Shown: positions 27,550 through 39,095 of the stretch, in pieces
Layout of the letters: the number at the start of each line of letters is the position of its first letter
How positions within the stretch are numbered: position 1 is the stretch's first letter
NCBI GenBank assembly: GCA_000432255.1
Contig: HF989914.1
Location: 11,270-75,269 of the forward strand
Source of the DNA: Acholeplasma sp. CAG:878
GTDB lineage: Bacteria > Bacillota_I > Bacilli_A > RF39 > UBA660
Direction: 5' to 3'
DNA length: 64,000 nucleotides
Translations under genes and position numbers: made by a program
Notes under the pieces: generated by a model
Seen by the model: the letters and a program-made list of their open reading frames with translations, nothing else
Told to the model about the DNA's origin: nothing
The model's database searches: none

Positions 27550-28726
27550 AAACTCGTTTAATTAAGTTTTCTCTACTATCACTCTTAGTTAAAGTATCAT
27601 AAATAATTAAACCTATATTTTTAAAATCATCTTCTTTCAATCCTCTTGTTGTCATAGCAGGACTACCTATTCTAATACCACTTGTAATAGTCGGTGAGGT
27701 CTTATCATAAGGGATAGAATTCTTATTTACTGTAATATTTACTTCATCTAATAATTCTTCAGCCTCTTTTCCTGTTAAATTTAATGACGTTACATCGACT
27801 AAAATTAAATGGTTATCAGTTCCATTAGATACTATTCTTAATCCCTTTTCTTGTAAGGTATCTGATAAAGCTTTAATATTCTTTAATACTTGTTTTTGGT
27901 ATAAAACAAATTCTGGTTTTAAAGCTTCGAAAAAACATTGGGCTTTAGCGGCTATAACATGCATTAAAGGTCCACCTTGAATACCTGGAAAAACAGTTTT
28001 ATTTATTTTTTTTATTATTTCTTCACTATTGGTTAGAATTAATCCTCCTCTTGGACCTCTTAGGGTTTTATGAGTAGTTGTTGTCACAACATCAGCATAA
28101 GGAATTGGCGATGGATGAAGTTCCGTAGCTACCAATCCTGCTATATGAGCCATATCAACCCAAAAATATGCATCAACTTTTTTAGCAATCTTGCTAATCC
28201 TTTCAAAGTCGATTATTCTTGAATAAGCACTTGCGCCTGCTATAATCATTTTAGGTCGTTCTAATAAAGCTAATCTTTCTAGTTCATCATAATCAATTAC
28301 TTCTGTTTCTTTGGAAACATCGTAACTTACAATATTATACTCTAAACCACTAAAGTTAATCCTATGTCCATGGGTCAAATGTCCACCATGACTTAAATTC
28401 ATTCCCATTACTTTATCATTTGGTTCGAGTAACGCTTTATATACTGCCATATTGGCATTACTTCCTGAATGTGGTTGGACATTTGCATAATTACATTTAA
28501 ACAACTTAGTTGCATAAGAAATCGCTAAATTTTCAATTGTATCAACATTAACACAACCACCATAATAACGCTTACTAGGGTAACCTTCAGCATATTTATT
28601 AGTAAAAATACTTCCTTGTAGTTCTAGAATTGCCTTACTTACATAGTTTTCTGATGCGATTAATTCAATATTATCTTGTTGCCTTTTTTTTTCTTTTTCT
28701 AATGCTTCTTTTATTTTTTCATCCAT
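27515..28726 (-). CDS. glyA: Serine hydroxymethyltransferase
   Basis: [28 protein letters not shown]-lysine motif. The start at ATG 28726 (MDEKIKE) has an AGGTGA SD; the ORF-track GTG at 28735 is within that SD. Confidence 0.9.
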   Translation of the reverse strand: MDEKIKEALEKEKKRQQDNIELIASENYVSKAILELQGSIFTNKYAEGYPSKRYYGGCVNVDTIENLAISYATKLFKCNYANVQPHSGSNANMAVYKALLEPNDKVMGMNLSHGGHLTHGHRINFSGLEYNIVSYDVSKETEVIDYDELERLALLERPKMIIAGASAYSRIIDFERISKIAKKVDAYFWVDMAHIAGLVATELHPSPIPYADVVTTTTHKTLRGPRGGLILTNSEEIIKKINKTVFPGIQGGPLMHVIAAKAQCFFEALKPEFVLYQKQVLKNIKALSDTLQEKGLRIVSNGTDNHLILVDVTSLNLTGKEAEELLDEVNITVNKNSIPYDKTSPTITSGIRIGSPAMTTRGLKEDDFKNIGLIIYDTLTKSDSRENLIKRVYEITSKYKFGE

Positions 28727-28823
28727 TTTAATCACCTTTCTTGAATACTTATAATCAGAATTATACCACTAATTACCAAATTTTCAAATAAAATTGACTA
28801 CAAAAACATAACATAAACTCTTT

Positions 28824-30047
28824 TTATATTAAATCCTTTTTATTATTCAAATATTCTTCTTTTGTAAGACCATACATAACTAAATCTTCTACACCACCAT
28901 AGTAATAAAACATTGCCTGCTTTCTAGTTCCTTCATACTTTAATCCAATTTTTTCCATTATTCTTAATGTTCCTTTATTATCTTTCGCACCACATGATTC
29001 AATTCTATTTAAATCTAGTTCATCAAAAGCAAATTCTAAAATTTTTTTAGATGCCTCTGTAACATAACCTTTACCCCATTCATCTTCCCTTAACCAATAA
29101 TCAATTCCAGCAGTTTTGGCTTTTTCATCATGAATATTTAAATATATAGTTCCAAGTATTTTATTGTCTTCTTTTTTTACTATTGTCCATCTATAATAGT
29201 CTAAATTGTCGTAATTAGATTCACTAAAATATTTTCTGTTTTTTTCTAAATCATTACCTAATTTAGTAGTTCCTAAATACCTTCTTAAATTTGGATTTAG
29301 TTGAATATAGAAAAATTCATCTATATCATCTTTAGTAGTTCTTCTATAAATAAGCCTTTCGCTTTCTAAAAAAATGGTTCCTTTGTGTTTAATTGGAATG
29401 TAATCATGTCCATTTAAATCAATTTTATAGTTTTCAACTAAATTGTGTTCACCAACATATAAAATATCATTATTTTCAATCCTAACAAATGAATCATTAG
29501 GCAAAATAGTTATAGGTACATAATTACTTACCTCAAAAACTTCTTTTAAATAATCTACATTGCTCCAAACTAAATGAGGATATATGTTTATATCTACAAG
29601 TCCTAATCCATCGTATTTTAGCACTCTATCTTCGTAAGTTTCATCTATGTATACTACTTTATTTGATTGATTAATTGCCCCAGCACTAACACCTATTACT
29701 ATTTTTTTGTTTTTAATTTTATTTATTAAAGAATATTCTTTAATAAAATTCATTTGTAATATAGGACTACCACCCATTAAAAATACTATATCTGCTTCAT
29801 CAATTAAAGTTTTAGCTTCTAAATTCTTTTTCCTATTATCGATTAAATTTGAAGAATTAAAAGTAATTCCTATTTTTTTAAAATTTTCTATAAAATTGTT
29901 AAATTTTAAATCATTTTTTTCATAAGCATCTGCTACAGATGATATGAATACAATCTTTGAATTGTTTTTAATATCCTTCTTTAAATATTTTCCTTGATTT
30001 TCATTAAATCCATCATTAGATATTGCACTAAATAAATAATTAATCAT
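28824..30047 (-). CDS. Fusion protein: N-terminal S51 peptidase (PepE-like) domain + C-terminal GNAT N-acetyltransferase (RimJ/RimL-like) domain
   Basis: N-terminal half: GGSPILQMNF...IVIGVSAGAINQ (S51 Ser nucleophile context). C-terminal half: GNAT motifs (RIESCGAKDNKGTLRIMEKIGLKYEG). Confidence 0.7.
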   Translation of the reverse strand: MINYLFSAISNDGFNENQGKYLKKDIKNNSKIVFISSVADAYEKNDLKFNNFIENFKKIGITFNSSNLIDNRKKNLEAKTLIDEADIVFLMGGSPILQMNFIKEYSLINKIKNKKIVIGVSAGAINQSNKVVYIDETYEDRVLKYDGLGLVDINIYPHLVWSNVDYLKEVFEVSNYVPITILPNDSFVRIENNDILYVGEHNLVENYKIDLNGHDYIPIKHKGTIFLESERLIYRRTTKDDIDEFFYIQLNPNLRRYLGTTKLGNDLEKNRKYFSESNYDNLDYYRWTIVKKEDNKILGTIYLNIHDEKAKTAGIDYWLREDEWGKGYVTEASKKILEFAFDELDLNRIESCGAKDNKGTLRIMEKIGLKYEGTRKQAMFYYYGGVEDLVMYGLTKEEYLNNKKDLI

Positions 30048-30093
30048 AATAATACCTCCAGTTTAATTATATCAAAAATAAAGAAAAAAACAA

Positions 30094-30273
30094 CTATTCA
30101 GCTGTTTTAATTACTTCTTTATTCTTGTAAGTTCCACATTTTGGACATACTCTGTGTGGTTTTTTAACTTCTCCACATTTTGGACATGTAGTAGTTGTAT
30201 TTTCACTTATTTTGTAGTGAGTACGACGTTTACGTCCACGAGTCTTACTAACTTTTCTAAATGGTACTGCCAT
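30094..30273 (-). CDS. rpmF: 50S ribosomal protein L32
   Basis: Minus-strand translation [58 protein letters not shown]. It is not in the ORF track because it is short. yceD lies upstream, as is typical. Confidence 0.85.
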   Translation of the reverse strand: MAVPFRKVSKTRGRKRRTHYKISENTTTTCPKCGEVKKPHRVCPKCGTYKNKEVIKTAE

Positions 30274-30288
30274 TTATAACACCTCTTT

Positions 30289-30753
30289 CTATAATAATTC
30301 TTTAAGTTTTTCTAATTCTGGATTAACTCTTTTTTCTTCTTCAGTAATAAGTTTCCATCCATCACCACTTGTTTTAGTAGCTTTCTTTCCACTTACAACC
30401 TTCAAAGGAACTTCCATTAATATATTTTCCCATATAATTGGAAAAATATCAAGTGTATTTGTTAAATTTTGACCAATTTCTTGTAAAATTTCCTCTAAAT
30501 CACCTTCAACATGAGTATTCAATGGAACACTTACTGGTTCTAGAGTTAAGGAACAAGGTAATATAAATTCTCCTTTAATATCTATAGATATGTAATATCT
30601 TCCATAATTATAACTAATATTTCCTTTAATATTAACGTCATCTAAACTAATGATATCTGTATTTTTAAGTTCATCAGTTTTAAATGAATAATTAAAATCA
30701 ATTGGAAGAGACTCTAAAACACCACTTCTAAGTTTTGTAATATCAATAATCAT
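30289..30753 (-). CDS. yceD: YceD/DUF177 family protein
   Basis: 154 aa, conserved yceD-rpmF pairing; acidic C-terminus with a Cys-containing motif. Confidence 0.8.
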   Translation of the reverse strand: MIIDITKLRSGVLESLPIDFNYSFKTDELKNTDIISLDDVNIKGNISYNYGRYYISIDIKGEFILPCSLTLEPVSVPLNTHVEGDLEEILQEIGQNLTNTLDIFPIIWENILMEVPLKVVSGKKATKTSGDGWKLITEEEKRVNPELEKLKELL

Positions 30754-30828
30754 CTAATCACCTAGAACATTATACATTAAAATCTTTGAAAAGTAAACAA
30801 TTAATGATATAATTAAGTTGGTGAGTTT

Positions 30829-31890
30829 ATGGTAGGAATTATAGCAGAATATAATCCATTTCACAATGGACATTTAAAACAAATAAATATGGTAAAAGAA
30901 ATGTTCCCAAATGATATTATTACTATAGTCTTAGCAGGTAATTTTTTAAATAGAGGCGATGTTAGTGTTATAGACAAATGGGATAAAACTAAACTAGCAC
31001 TAGAATACGGCGTTGATATAGTTGTAGAATTACCTTTTGTTTTTGCTACTCAAGCTTCAGATTATTATGCTTATGGGGGAGTCAAAACATTAAATTTATT
31101 AAAAGCTGATTATTTAGTTTTTGGAAGTGAATCAAATGATTTAAATAACCTAATTAAAATAGCAAATACTAATATAAATAATGAAGAATTAAAAAATAAT
31201 ATAAAAAAAGGATACAATTATCCTAAAAGTATTGCCTGTTCTATTAATTCTAATATTGATAGTCCAAATGATTTATTAGGAATAAGTTATATAAAAGCAA
31301 TTAATAAAATAAATAGCAATATAAAACCTATAACAATTAAAAGAACAAATAACTACCATAGTTTAGATATTAATAGTAATATAATTAGTGCATCAGCGAT
31401 TAGAAATTTAGTAAAAAATAACAAAAATATTGATAAATATGTTCCAAGTAAAACTTTAAAATATATTAAAAATAGAAGTTTAAATGATTATTTCTACATT
31501 TTAAAATATAAAATCATGAATGAAGATATATCTAAATATGTAGACATTAAAATAAATAATAAACTTAAAAAAGTAATAAATGATTGTAATAATATAGATG
31601 AATTGATTAGTAAAGTTAAAACTAAAAACTATAGTTATAATTATATAAAAAGAAGTTTGGTTCATATTTTATGTGAATTTGAAACTAAACATTATGATGT
31701 TTCTTATGTAAGGGTATTAGGATTTAATAATAAAGGTCAAGAATACTTAAAAAGTATTAAAAAAGATGTCAAATTAATTACAAATTATTGTAACATACTA
31801 GAATATGAATTGAAAGTTAGCAACATATATAATATGTTTGACAAAGAATACATCAATAAAGAGTTAAATAAACCAATAAAACTGGATTAA
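30829..31890 (+). CDS. tmcAL: tRNA(Met) cytidine acetate ligase (TmcAL/YlbM, nucleotidyltransferase fold)
   Basis: N-terminal MVGIIAEYNPFHNGHLKQI, the HIGH-like nucleotidyltransferase motif typical of YlbM/TmcAL. Confidence 0.75.
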   Translation: MVGIIAEYNPFHNGHLKQINMVKEMFPNDIITIVLAGNFLNRGDVSVIDKWDKTKLALEYGVDIVVELPFVFATQASDYYAYGGVKTLNLLKADYLVFGSESNDLNNLIKIANTNINNEELKNNIKKGYNYPKSIACSINSNIDSPNDLLGISYIKAINKINSNIKPITIKRTNNYHSLDINSNIISASAIRNLVKNNKNIDKYVPSKTLKYIKNRSLNDYFYILKYKIMNEDISKYVDIKINNKLKKVINDCNNIDELISKVKTKNYSYNYIKRSLVHILCEFETKHYDVSYVRVLGFNNKGQEYLKSIKKDVKLITNYCNILEYELKVSNIYNMFDKEYINKELNKPIKLD

Positions 31891-32768
31891 ACCAGTTTTT
31901 TTATGTATTCATATACTTCATCAATTGTTTTATTAAAGTCATTAAAATTAACATTAAACCATGTAACATTCATTTGATTATTAAACCAAGTGTATTGCCT
32001 TTTAGCATATTTTCTACTATTTTGTTTAATTTTTTCTAAACAAACATCTAGTGTTTCTTTATTTTCAAAATATGGGAATAATTCTTTATAAGCTATTGGT
32101 GTTGTGACGGCTTTTGTTCTAATATTGCTATCATATATTTGTTTTGCTTCTTCTAAAAGACCTTCAGTAACCATAACATCTACCCTTTTATTAATTCTAT
32201 CATATAAAATACTTCTATCTGTAGTTAAGCCAATAAAAATAGAATCATAAATCAATTTGTCTGTTTTTTCTTTTTGACTAAAAGGTAAATTAGTTGAAAC
32301 ACAATAATTTAATGCTCTAATCAATCTTTTTCGATTATTAATATGAATTTTATTATTTTTATCATATTTTAATAACTCATTATATATTTCCTCGTTAGTT
32401 AATGTCTCATAATTGTTGACTATTTTTTCATCACTAAATTTATAATCATATAAAGCCGCTTTAATATATAATCCTGTCCCACCTACTAAAATAGGTGTTT
32501 TATTTCTACTTAATATTTCATCAATTTTACATCTAGCATCTTTTTGATAATCATAAGCAGTATAGTTTTCAGTTAATTCTTTAATATCAAATAAATGATG
32601 AGCAATACCTTGCTTTTCTTCTTCTGTTACTTTAGCTGTTCCTATATTTAAATTTTTATAAACTTGAGTACTATCAGCATTTATAATCTCACCATTTAAT
32701 TTTTTAGCTAATTCTACACTTAGTTTTGTTTTACCTACTGCTGTTGGACCTAGTATTACTATAACCAT
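31887..32768 (-). CDS. miaA: tRNA dimethylallyltransferase
   Basis: P-loop ILGPTAVGKT, conserved MiaA core. Confidence 0.9.
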   Translation of the reverse strand: MVIVILGPTAVGKTKLSVELAKKLNGEIINADSTQVYKNLNIGTAKVTEEEKQGIAHHLFDIKELTENYTAYDYQKDARCKIDEILSRNKTPILVGGTGLYIKAALYDYKFSDEKIVNNYETLTNEEIYNELLKYDKNNKIHINNRKRLIRALNYCVSTNLPFSQKEKTDKLIYDSIFIGLTTDRSILYDRINKRVDVMVTEGLLEEAKQIYDSNIRTKAVTTPIAYKELFPYFENKETLDVCLEKIKQNSRKYAKRQYTWFNNQMNVTWFNVNFNDFNKTIDEVYEYIKKLV

Positions 32769-33358
32769 GATTTTACCTCGTTATAAATTGCTTCTTTAGC
32801 CAAATCAATGAAAACTTCAACTTCTTTTATACCAAACATATAAGTTTGACCTTTCTTTGAATCTTTAATAATTCTTTCCATTTCATCTACAACTATGTTT
32901 AATTTATCCATAGGTATTTCTTCTATAATGTTATTAATCTTAGGAATTTCGTTGGAAAAAATATCTAAACTCAAATTATAATCACGAATCAATTCGATAT
33001 TTAAGTTACTATAATCAGCATATAAATAATTTGTTAACTCTTCTTCTTGTAGCTTGTTTTTTAAAGGATTTTCAACATACCTTGGTAAAAAAAACTTGAA
33101 CCATAAATAATCAGTATATAAATGAATATAATAACCTAAAACAAAATCGTCGCTTAAATAATTAGAATACTTATTTAAAAACAATTTTAAATCTGGTATG
33201 TCATCATTTTTTTCTTGAAAATGAGTTTCCATTTTATGAACTCCAATATATTTTGCTATGTCAGGAGCGATACTTCCAATTAATAACTCTAAACTTTTTT
33301 TATTTGTTTTTTTTAAATATTCATTTGCTACACATAAATGTATTACTGCACTTGCCAC
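32759..33358 (-). CDS. Hypothetical protein (possible metal-dependent hydrolase), upstream of miaA
   Basis: ORF only, 199 aa; His-containing motifs (HLCVANE, HFQEKND, HLYTDY). The family call is low confidence. Confidence 0.5.
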   Translation of the reverse strand: MASAVIHLCVANEYLKKTNKKSLELLIGSIAPDIAKYIGVHKMETHFQEKNDDIPDLKLFLNKYSNYLSDDFVLGYYIHLYTDYLWFKFFLPRYVENPLKNKLQEEELTNYLYADYSNLNIELIRDYNLSLDIFSNEIPKINNIIEEIPMDKLNIVVDEMERIIKDSKKGQTYMFGIKEVEVFIDLAKEAIYNEVKSWL

Positions 33359-33377
33359 TTTATCACCTAAATATATT

Positions 33378-34448
33378 TTATAACAAATTTATTTTATCTT
33401 CAATTGTTTTTTTATTTTCTTTTAATCTTTCTATATTAGGACTTATTTCAATCGCTTTATTAACGCAATCTAGTGCTTTAGCATAATTACTTAAATTAAA
33501 ATAAGCTATACTTAATAAATCATAAATTGTATGGTCATAACAGAATGGTTCATTAATGTATGTTTTGTTGTGTTTTTTAATTTTTAAAGCATCATAACTA
33601 TATTTTATTAATAGTTCCCATTCTTCTAAATTGTAGTTTAAAAACATCATTTCTACATATGGTTCTCGTAAGTAAGGTGCTTCTTTTATAGCTTTTTCTA
33701 ACCACATTCTCGCCTCTTCAAATCTATTTAAGTTTTGATAACATCTTGCAATATATTGCATAGATGCACATCTCTCATCCTTCCAAGTAGATGTTTTTAA
33801 GTTTAAATGTTTAATTAATGTATCAATACTTTCATTGTATTTTTTATGATACATATACTCTCTACCTAAATAATGCATATTTCTATCATCTTCTGGTTCT
33901 TCCCTAATTGACAATTCTAACAATTCTAAATAATTACTTCTTGATTTAGTTTCATCCGGATAATGATTAATTATTATATTATCAGTTGTTTTTATAACCT
34001 CTTCTTCACCTACTAAAACTTCATGAACAGGATGTTTCCAAGTATATCCTTTTCTTTTATGTATTTTATCAGCGTAAAAACTAACAACTGGTTTATTATC
34101 TATTAATTTCCAATTATAGATGTACCTTATTCTTGTTGTTTTGTCACTAAATAATTTAATTAATTCATCTCTAAATCCAGGAGATATTACTTCATCTAAA
34201 TCTACACAAACACATATATCATAATAATCAGGTACCATTTCTAATGATTTATTTCTTGCTATATCAAATCTAAATGGTTCTATAATTTCTTGTTTTACAA
34301 AAGCGCCTCTCTTTTTTAATTTATCTATTGTATCATCAGTTGAACCAGTATCTAATATAAAAACATCATCAGCTTCACTAACACTATCCATAAATCTATC
34401 AACAAATTTACTTTCATTTTTACATATAGCATAAACTGCTACTTTCAT
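33378..34448 (-). CDS. Family-2 glycosyltransferase with C-terminal TPR repeats
   Basis: N-terminal KVAVYAICKNE...ILDTGSTDDT (GT2 DXD-type), C-terminal TPR-like helical repeats. The probable start is MKVAVYAI at 34448. Confidence 0.7.
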   Translation of the reverse strand: MKVAVYAICKNESKFVDRFMDSVSEADDVFILDTGSTDDTIDKLKKRGAFVKQEIIEPFRFDIARNKSLEMVPDYYDICVCVDLDEVISPGFRDELIKLFSDKTTRIRYIYNWKLIDNKPVVSFYADKIHKRKGYTWKHPVHEVLVGEEEVIKTTDNIIINHYPDETKSRSNYLELLELSIREEPEDDRNMHYLGREYMYHKKYNESIDTLIKHLNLKTSTWKDERCASMQYIARCYQNLNRFEEARMWLEKAIKEAPYLREPYVEMMFLNYNLEEWELLIKYSYDALKIKKHNKTYINEPFCYDHTIYDLLSIAYFNLSNYAKALDCVNKAIEISPNIERLKENKKTIEDKINLL

Positions 34449-34501
34449 AAAATCACCCAAAATATTATATGAAAAAAATAGATAGCGTTTACTATCTATT
34501 A

Positions 34502-35515
34502 TTATTTTATAAACATACTATCACCAAACGAAAAGAAACGATACTTTTCTTCTACTGCTATTTTGTAAGCATTCATAATATTTTCTTTTCCTGCTAGTGC
34601 ACTTACTAACATCATTAAAGTTGATTTAGGAAGATGAAAATTTGTTATTAAAGCATCAATTGCTTTAAATTCATACCCTGGATATATAAATATATCTGTC
34701 CAACCACTACATTCGATAAACTTTCCATATAAATTTTTAATCGTTTCTAATGTTCTTGTTGATGTTGTTCCAACACTTATAATTCTTCCTTTAGCATTAT
34801 TTAATATATCAGCAGTATCACTACTCATTTGATAAAATTCTTGATGCATATGATGAGATTTAACATCTTCTACATTAACTGGCCTAAATGTTCCAAGACC
34901 AACGTGTAAAGTAATAGGAACTATTTTAACGCCTTTTTCTTTTATTTTTTCTAATAATTCTTCTGTAAAATGTAATCCTGCTGTTGGAGCGGCCGCACTT
35001 CCACTGTTTTTAGCATAAACTGTTTGATATCGATTTTTAGATTCTAATTGTTCATGAATATATGGAGGTAGTGGCATAGTACCTAATTTATCTAAAATTT
35101 CATATAAAATACCTTCATTTTTTAATTCAAAAATTCTAATACCTTCCTCTTTAACTTCGACGCATTTCATTTTAAGTAAATCGCCAAAATTAACAACAGT
35201 TCCTACCTTAATTCTTTTAGCTGGTTTAGTTAAACATTCCCACTTATTATTAGATATTTCTTTTAGTAATAATACTTCTATTAAAGCTTTTGTTTCTTCT
35301 TTTTCACCATATAATCTTGCGGGAATTACTTTAGTATCATTTACTACTAAAATATCATCTTCATTTAAATAATTAATTATATTTTTAAATACCTCATGTT
35401 TAATGCTTCCAGTTTTTTTATCTAGTACCAAAAGTCTTGATTCATCCCTTTTTTCTAGTGGTGTTTGGGCAATTAACTCTAAAGGTAATTCATAATCAAA
35501 TTCACTTGTTTTCAT
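34502..35515 (-). CDS. queA: S-adenosylmethionine:tRNA ribosyltransferase-isomerase
   Basis: Full-length QueA homology; ruvA-ruvB-queA operon order as in Bacillus. Confidence 0.9.
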   Translation of the reverse strand: MKTSEFDYELPLELIAQTPLEKRDESRLLVLDKKTGSIKHEVFKNIINYLNEDDILVVNDTKVIPARLYGEKEETKALIEVLLLKEISNNKWECLTKPAKRIKVGTVVNFGDLLKMKCVEVKEEGIRIFELKNEGILYEILDKLGTMPLPPYIHEQLESKNRYQTVYAKNSGSAAAPTAGLHFTEELLEKIKEKGVKIVPITLHVGLGTFRPVNVEDVKSHHMHQEFYQMSSDTADILNNAKGRIISVGTTSTRTLETIKNLYGKFIECSGWTDIFIYPGYEFKAIDALITNFHLPKSTLMMLVSALAGKENIMNAYKIAVEEKYRFFSFGDSMFIK

Positions 35516-36525
35516 TATTCTATCTCCAATTTTTCTTGATGTTCTATTTTTAAGTGGTCATAGGCTTTTGGCGTTACTACTCTACCTCGCGCTGTTCGTT
35601 TTAAAAATCCGTGTTGTAATAGATAAGGTTCGTAAACATCTTCTATAGTAGATGCTTCTTCACCTATTGAAGATGCGATTGCATCGATTCCAACTGGACC
35701 ACCATTAAATTTTTCTATTATCGCTTTTAATAAATTGTAATCAGTTTCATCTAATCCACTACTATCTACTTTTAATTTATCTAAAGCTAGTCTTGTTATT
35801 TCACTATCAATTATTGGTTTATTCATAACCAATCCAAAATCTCTAACTCGTTTAAATAATCTGTTTGCTATTCTTGGTGTTCCTCTGCTTCTTCTTGCTA
35901 ATTCTAAAGCTGCATCTTCTTCGATTGGACTATTTAAAACTCTACTTGTTCTTTTAATTATCTCTTTTAGCTCATCCTCAGTATAATAATTTAATTTTGA
36001 GATAATTCCAAATCTATCTCTTAGTGGACTTGTTAAGTCACCAGTTCTTGTTGTTGCTCCAACTAAAGTAAATGGTGGGAGGTCTATTTTAATGCTTCTA
36101 CTACTTGCATCATTTCCTATAACGATATCTAAAGTAAAATCTTCCATAGCTGAATATAAAATTTCTTCAATATATCTTGGAATACGATGAATTTCATCTA
36201 TAAATAATACATCACCAGGTTCTAGTGTTGATAAAATAGCAGCCAAATCTCCTGTTTTTTCTATAGCTGGACCACTACTTGTTTTTATATTTCTTCCTAA
36301 TTCATTTGCTATAATATACGCTAGTGTTGTTTTACCTAATCCTGGTGGACCATAAAGTAATACATGATCTAATGGTTCTTCACGAATTTTTGCAGCTTTT
36401 ATAAAAACTTTTAAGTTTTCTTTGATTTCACTTTGACCAATGTATTCTTCAATACTATCAGGTCTAATCGTTTTTTCAAATGAATCTTCAAGAAGAGTGT
36501 TCTCAGTTACAACTCTATCATCCAT
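35515..36525 (-). CDS. ruvB: Holliday junction branch migration ATPase RuvB
   Basis: Walker [10 protein letters not shown], Walker [10 protein letters not shown], highly conserved RuvB. Confidence 0.95.
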   Translation of the reverse strand: MDDRVVTENTLLEDSFEKTIRPDSIEEYIGQSEIKENLKVFIKAAKIREEPLDHVLLYGPPGLGKTTLAYIIANELGRNIKTSSGPAIEKTGDLAAILSTLEPGDVLFIDEIHRIPRYIEEILYSAMEDFTLDIVIGNDASSRSIKIDLPPFTLVGATTRTGDLTSPLRDRFGIISKLNYYTEDELKEIIKRTSRVLNSPIEEDAALELARRSRGTPRIANRLFKRVRDFGLVMNKPIIDSEITRLALDKLKVDSSGLDETDYNLLKAIIEKFNGGPVGIDAIASSIGEEASTIEDVYEPYLLQHGFLKRTARGRVVTPKAYDHLKIEHQEKLEIE

Positions 36526-36534
36526 AAAATCCTC

Positions 36535-37089
36535 CTAACTTTTAAGTAATAATTTCAATGCTTCTTTTATTTGTTGTTCTAATGTTTCATTACTATTTAC
36601 CTTTGGCAATACTTTTACAATATCAGCTTGTTTATAACCCAATCCTTTTAAGGCTTCAATTACTTCTTCATTACTATCTTTTGAAATAGTAATGTTGTTA
36701 TTTAATTTGCCTTTTAAATCTAAAATAATTTGTTTGGCAACTTTGTCGCCAATTTTTGGAAATTTCTTTAAATAAAGTATATTTTCTCTTTCAATAGCGT
36801 CAACTATTCCACTTATTGAACCAGTTGCTAGCATTGGAAGTGCCATTTTACAACCTAATCCTTTAACTTCTATTAGTTTTAAAAATAAGTCTTTTTCTTC
36901 TTTTGTTTTAAAACCATAAAGAGTCATTTCATCTTCACGAATGTTTTGATAAATCCATACTAAAGTTTCTTCATTTTCTTTAAAACTATATGGATTTGGT
37001 GTGTAAATCAAATAACCAATACCATTGTTATCTAGTACAATATAATTGCTTTCTATAAGAGTAACTATTCCTTTTATATATGAATACAT
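36535..37089 (-). CDS. ruvA: Holliday junction DNA helicase RuvA
   Basis: MYSYIKGIV..., HhH motifs (GIGYK), RuvA domain III. Confidence 0.9.
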   Translation of the reverse strand: MYSYIKGIVTLIESNYIVLDNNGIGYLIYTPNPYSFKENEETLVWIYQNIREDEMTLYGFKTKEEKDLFLKLIEVKGLGCKMALPMLATGSISGIVDAIERENILYLKKFPKIGDKVAKQIILDLKGKLNNNITISKDSNEEVIEALKGLGYKQADIVKVLPKVNSNETLEQQIKEALKLLLKS

Positions 37090-37097
37090 AAAATCAC

Positions 37098-37397
37098 CTA
37101 TTTTTTCTTAAAAAAAGTTTTTACAATATAACATTCAAATGCTACATAATTAGCAAATAATAACCATAATAATACAATTTCAAATATACCACTTGAATAC
37201 ATACTAATAATTCCTGAAACACTACTTGGAAAATATGTATTTATAAAACCATTAATTGGTGGAATATTGTTTCCTAAAAAATCAATTAATCTTAAAAATA
37301 TATCTACAAATGCTACATAATATACAAAACTTCCAAATCTTTTGAATATTAATACGGCTAATGCTCCTAAAACTAAAATTATAACTACTACATCCAT
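37098..37397 (-). CDS. Hypothetical small membrane protein
   Basis: ORF only, 99 aa, 3 predicted TM helices. Confidence 0.4.
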   Translation of the reverse strand: MDVVVIILVLGALAVLIFKRFGSFVYYVAFVDIFLRLIDFLGNNIPPINGFINTYFPSSVSGIISMYSSGIFEIVLLWLLFANYVAFECYIVKTFFKKK

Positions 37398-37413
37398 TTT
37401 ATTTCTTCCTTCC

Positions 37414-37917
37414 TTACTCCATAATGTAATCTACCGTATATGGATAACCATACACTAAACTAAAATCACAATTTATTTTTGTTGTTTTATCATCTTTTTT
37501 ATAAACAACTATTTTTATATTTTCATCTGTATTTAATTTGTTTTCCAATAGTTTATTATACTCTTCTACACTTACAATGTAAGTTAATGTATTTAAAATA
37601 TAATTTTGACTTTCTAAAGTACCATTTTTAATCAAGTTATTAATATCTTCTAATTTTAGAGCAAAATTATATTCTTTAAAATCATTTTTCGAATATGTTT
37701 TTCCATTATATGTTATTTTAAAATCTTTAACTGTTATTTCATTATTTATAACATAGTAATACTTTGTATAGTTATCACTAATTGGTTTTTCTTCTTTAAA
37801 AGAATTAATGTAAATAAAACAAAACACAAAAAATATAGCATATAAAGCTAAAATTATAATAGCTCTATATCTTTTATTCGCCCATATTTCTTTTAGTTTT
37901 TTGAATTTTTCTTTCAT
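37414..37917 (-). CDS. Hypothetical protein with N-terminal TM anchor
   Basis: ORF only, 167 aa. Confidence 0.5.
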   Translation of the reverse strand: MKEKFKKLKEIWANKRYRAIIILALYAIFFVFCFIYINSFKEEKPISDNYTKYYYVINNEITVKDFKITYNGKTYSKNDFKEYNFALKLEDINNLIKNGTLESQNYILNTLTYIVSVEEYNKLLENKLNTDENIKIVVYKKDDKTTKINCDFSLVYGYPYTVDYIME

Positions 37918-37918
37918 T

Positions 37919-38872
37919 TTACATTAGCATCCTTCCAAGAAGAGTTTGAAAACCATTCATAAAATCTTTGGCGTTCATTTTCTTTTTACCTTCTAATTGA
38001 ACGACTTTAAAGATAATTTCTCCGTTTCCCACTTTAACGCCAAAACCATCATCATAAACGCTTGTAATTTCTCCATTAAGTCCCATTGGATAGTTATTTG
38101 AAAGTGAACTTTCAAATACTTTTAATCTTTTGCCTTCAAAAAAGCAATAAGCACCTGGAAATGAATTTAATCCTCTTATTTGATTATAAATTTGTCTTGC
38201 ATTTTTATTGAAATCAATTCTTTCATCCTCTGGTTTAATATTGAAAGCATATGTTGCTTCACTTGCTTCTTGTCTTTCTCTACTATTAGTTCCATTAATT
38301 ATACTAGGTAAAGTTTCTAATAATAAATCTCTTCCTAAGAGCATTAATTTATCATGCAAAGATGAGGATGTATCAGTATCGAGTATTTCAATACTCTTTT
38401 TGCTAATTATATCTCCTTCATCCATTCTCTCATTCATGTACATAATTGTTATACCAGTTTCTTTATATCCATTCATAATTGCTCTTTGAATAGGAGCTCC
38501 ACCTCTTAATTTAGGAAGTAATGAAGCATGAACATTAATACATCCTAATCTAGGACAATCAAGTAACTCTTTAGGAATGATTTGCCCATATGCACAAGTT
38601 ATAATTAAATCAGGTTTTAAATCTATTATTTCTTGATATTCTTCTTTTATTTTATTAGGTTGTAAAACTAAAATTGTGTGTTCTTTTGCTACTTTTTTTA
38701 CTGGTGTTTCAATTAAATTACCATGTTTATCTTTTGCTCTATCAGGTTGTGTGACAACTGCTCTTACTTTATAATTTTCTATCAATCCTTCTAATACAGG
38801 AACAGCAAAATAAGGTGTTCCCATAAAAACAATTTGTAATTCTTTTTCAACTGTTATATTAGATAAATCCAT
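37919..38872 (-). CDS. fmt: Methionyl-tRNA formyltransferase
   Basis: IVFMGTPYFAVPVLEGL..., HASLLPKLRGGAPI formyltransferase motif. Confidence 0.9.
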   Translation of the reverse strand: MDLSNITVEKELQIVFMGTPYFAVPVLEGLIENYKVRAVVTQPDRAKDKHGNLIETPVKKVAKEHTILVLQPNKIKEEYQEIIDLKPDLIITCAYGQIIPKELLDCPRLGCINVHASLLPKLRGGAPIQRAIMNGYKETGITIMYMNERMDEGDIISKKSIEILDTDTSSSLHDKLMLLGRDLLLETLPSIINGTNSRERQEASEATYAFNIKPEDERIDFNKNARQIYNQIRGLNSFPGAYCFFEGKRLKVFESSLSNNYPMGLNGEITSVYDDGFGVKVGNGEIIFKVVQLEGKKKMNAKDFMNGFQTLLGRMLM

Positions 38873-38975
38873 TCTTAATCACCCATTAACATTATACCAT
38901 TTAGTTATGTTTTTTACAAACATTTATTTTATGGTAAAAGAAAATTCTAGATTTAAACTAGAATTAATCTAATGC

Positions 38976-39095
38976 TTTAATTATAATACGATAAGCAAAA
39001 CTATATATGTTTGTAGTATCACTATATTTTTGTAGTTTGAAAGAAAATGGTGTATCATTTCCATCACATACTACTGTATTACTTATATTTGCCAT
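38976..39095 (-). CDS. Small ORF (39 aa, MANISNTVVCDGNDTPFSFKLQKYSDTTNIYRFCLSYYN) with strong SD
   Basis: An AAAGGAAG SD lies 8 nt upstream of the ATG, in the 267-bp fmt/RNB-protein intergenic region. It is unsupported by homology. Confidence 0.2.
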
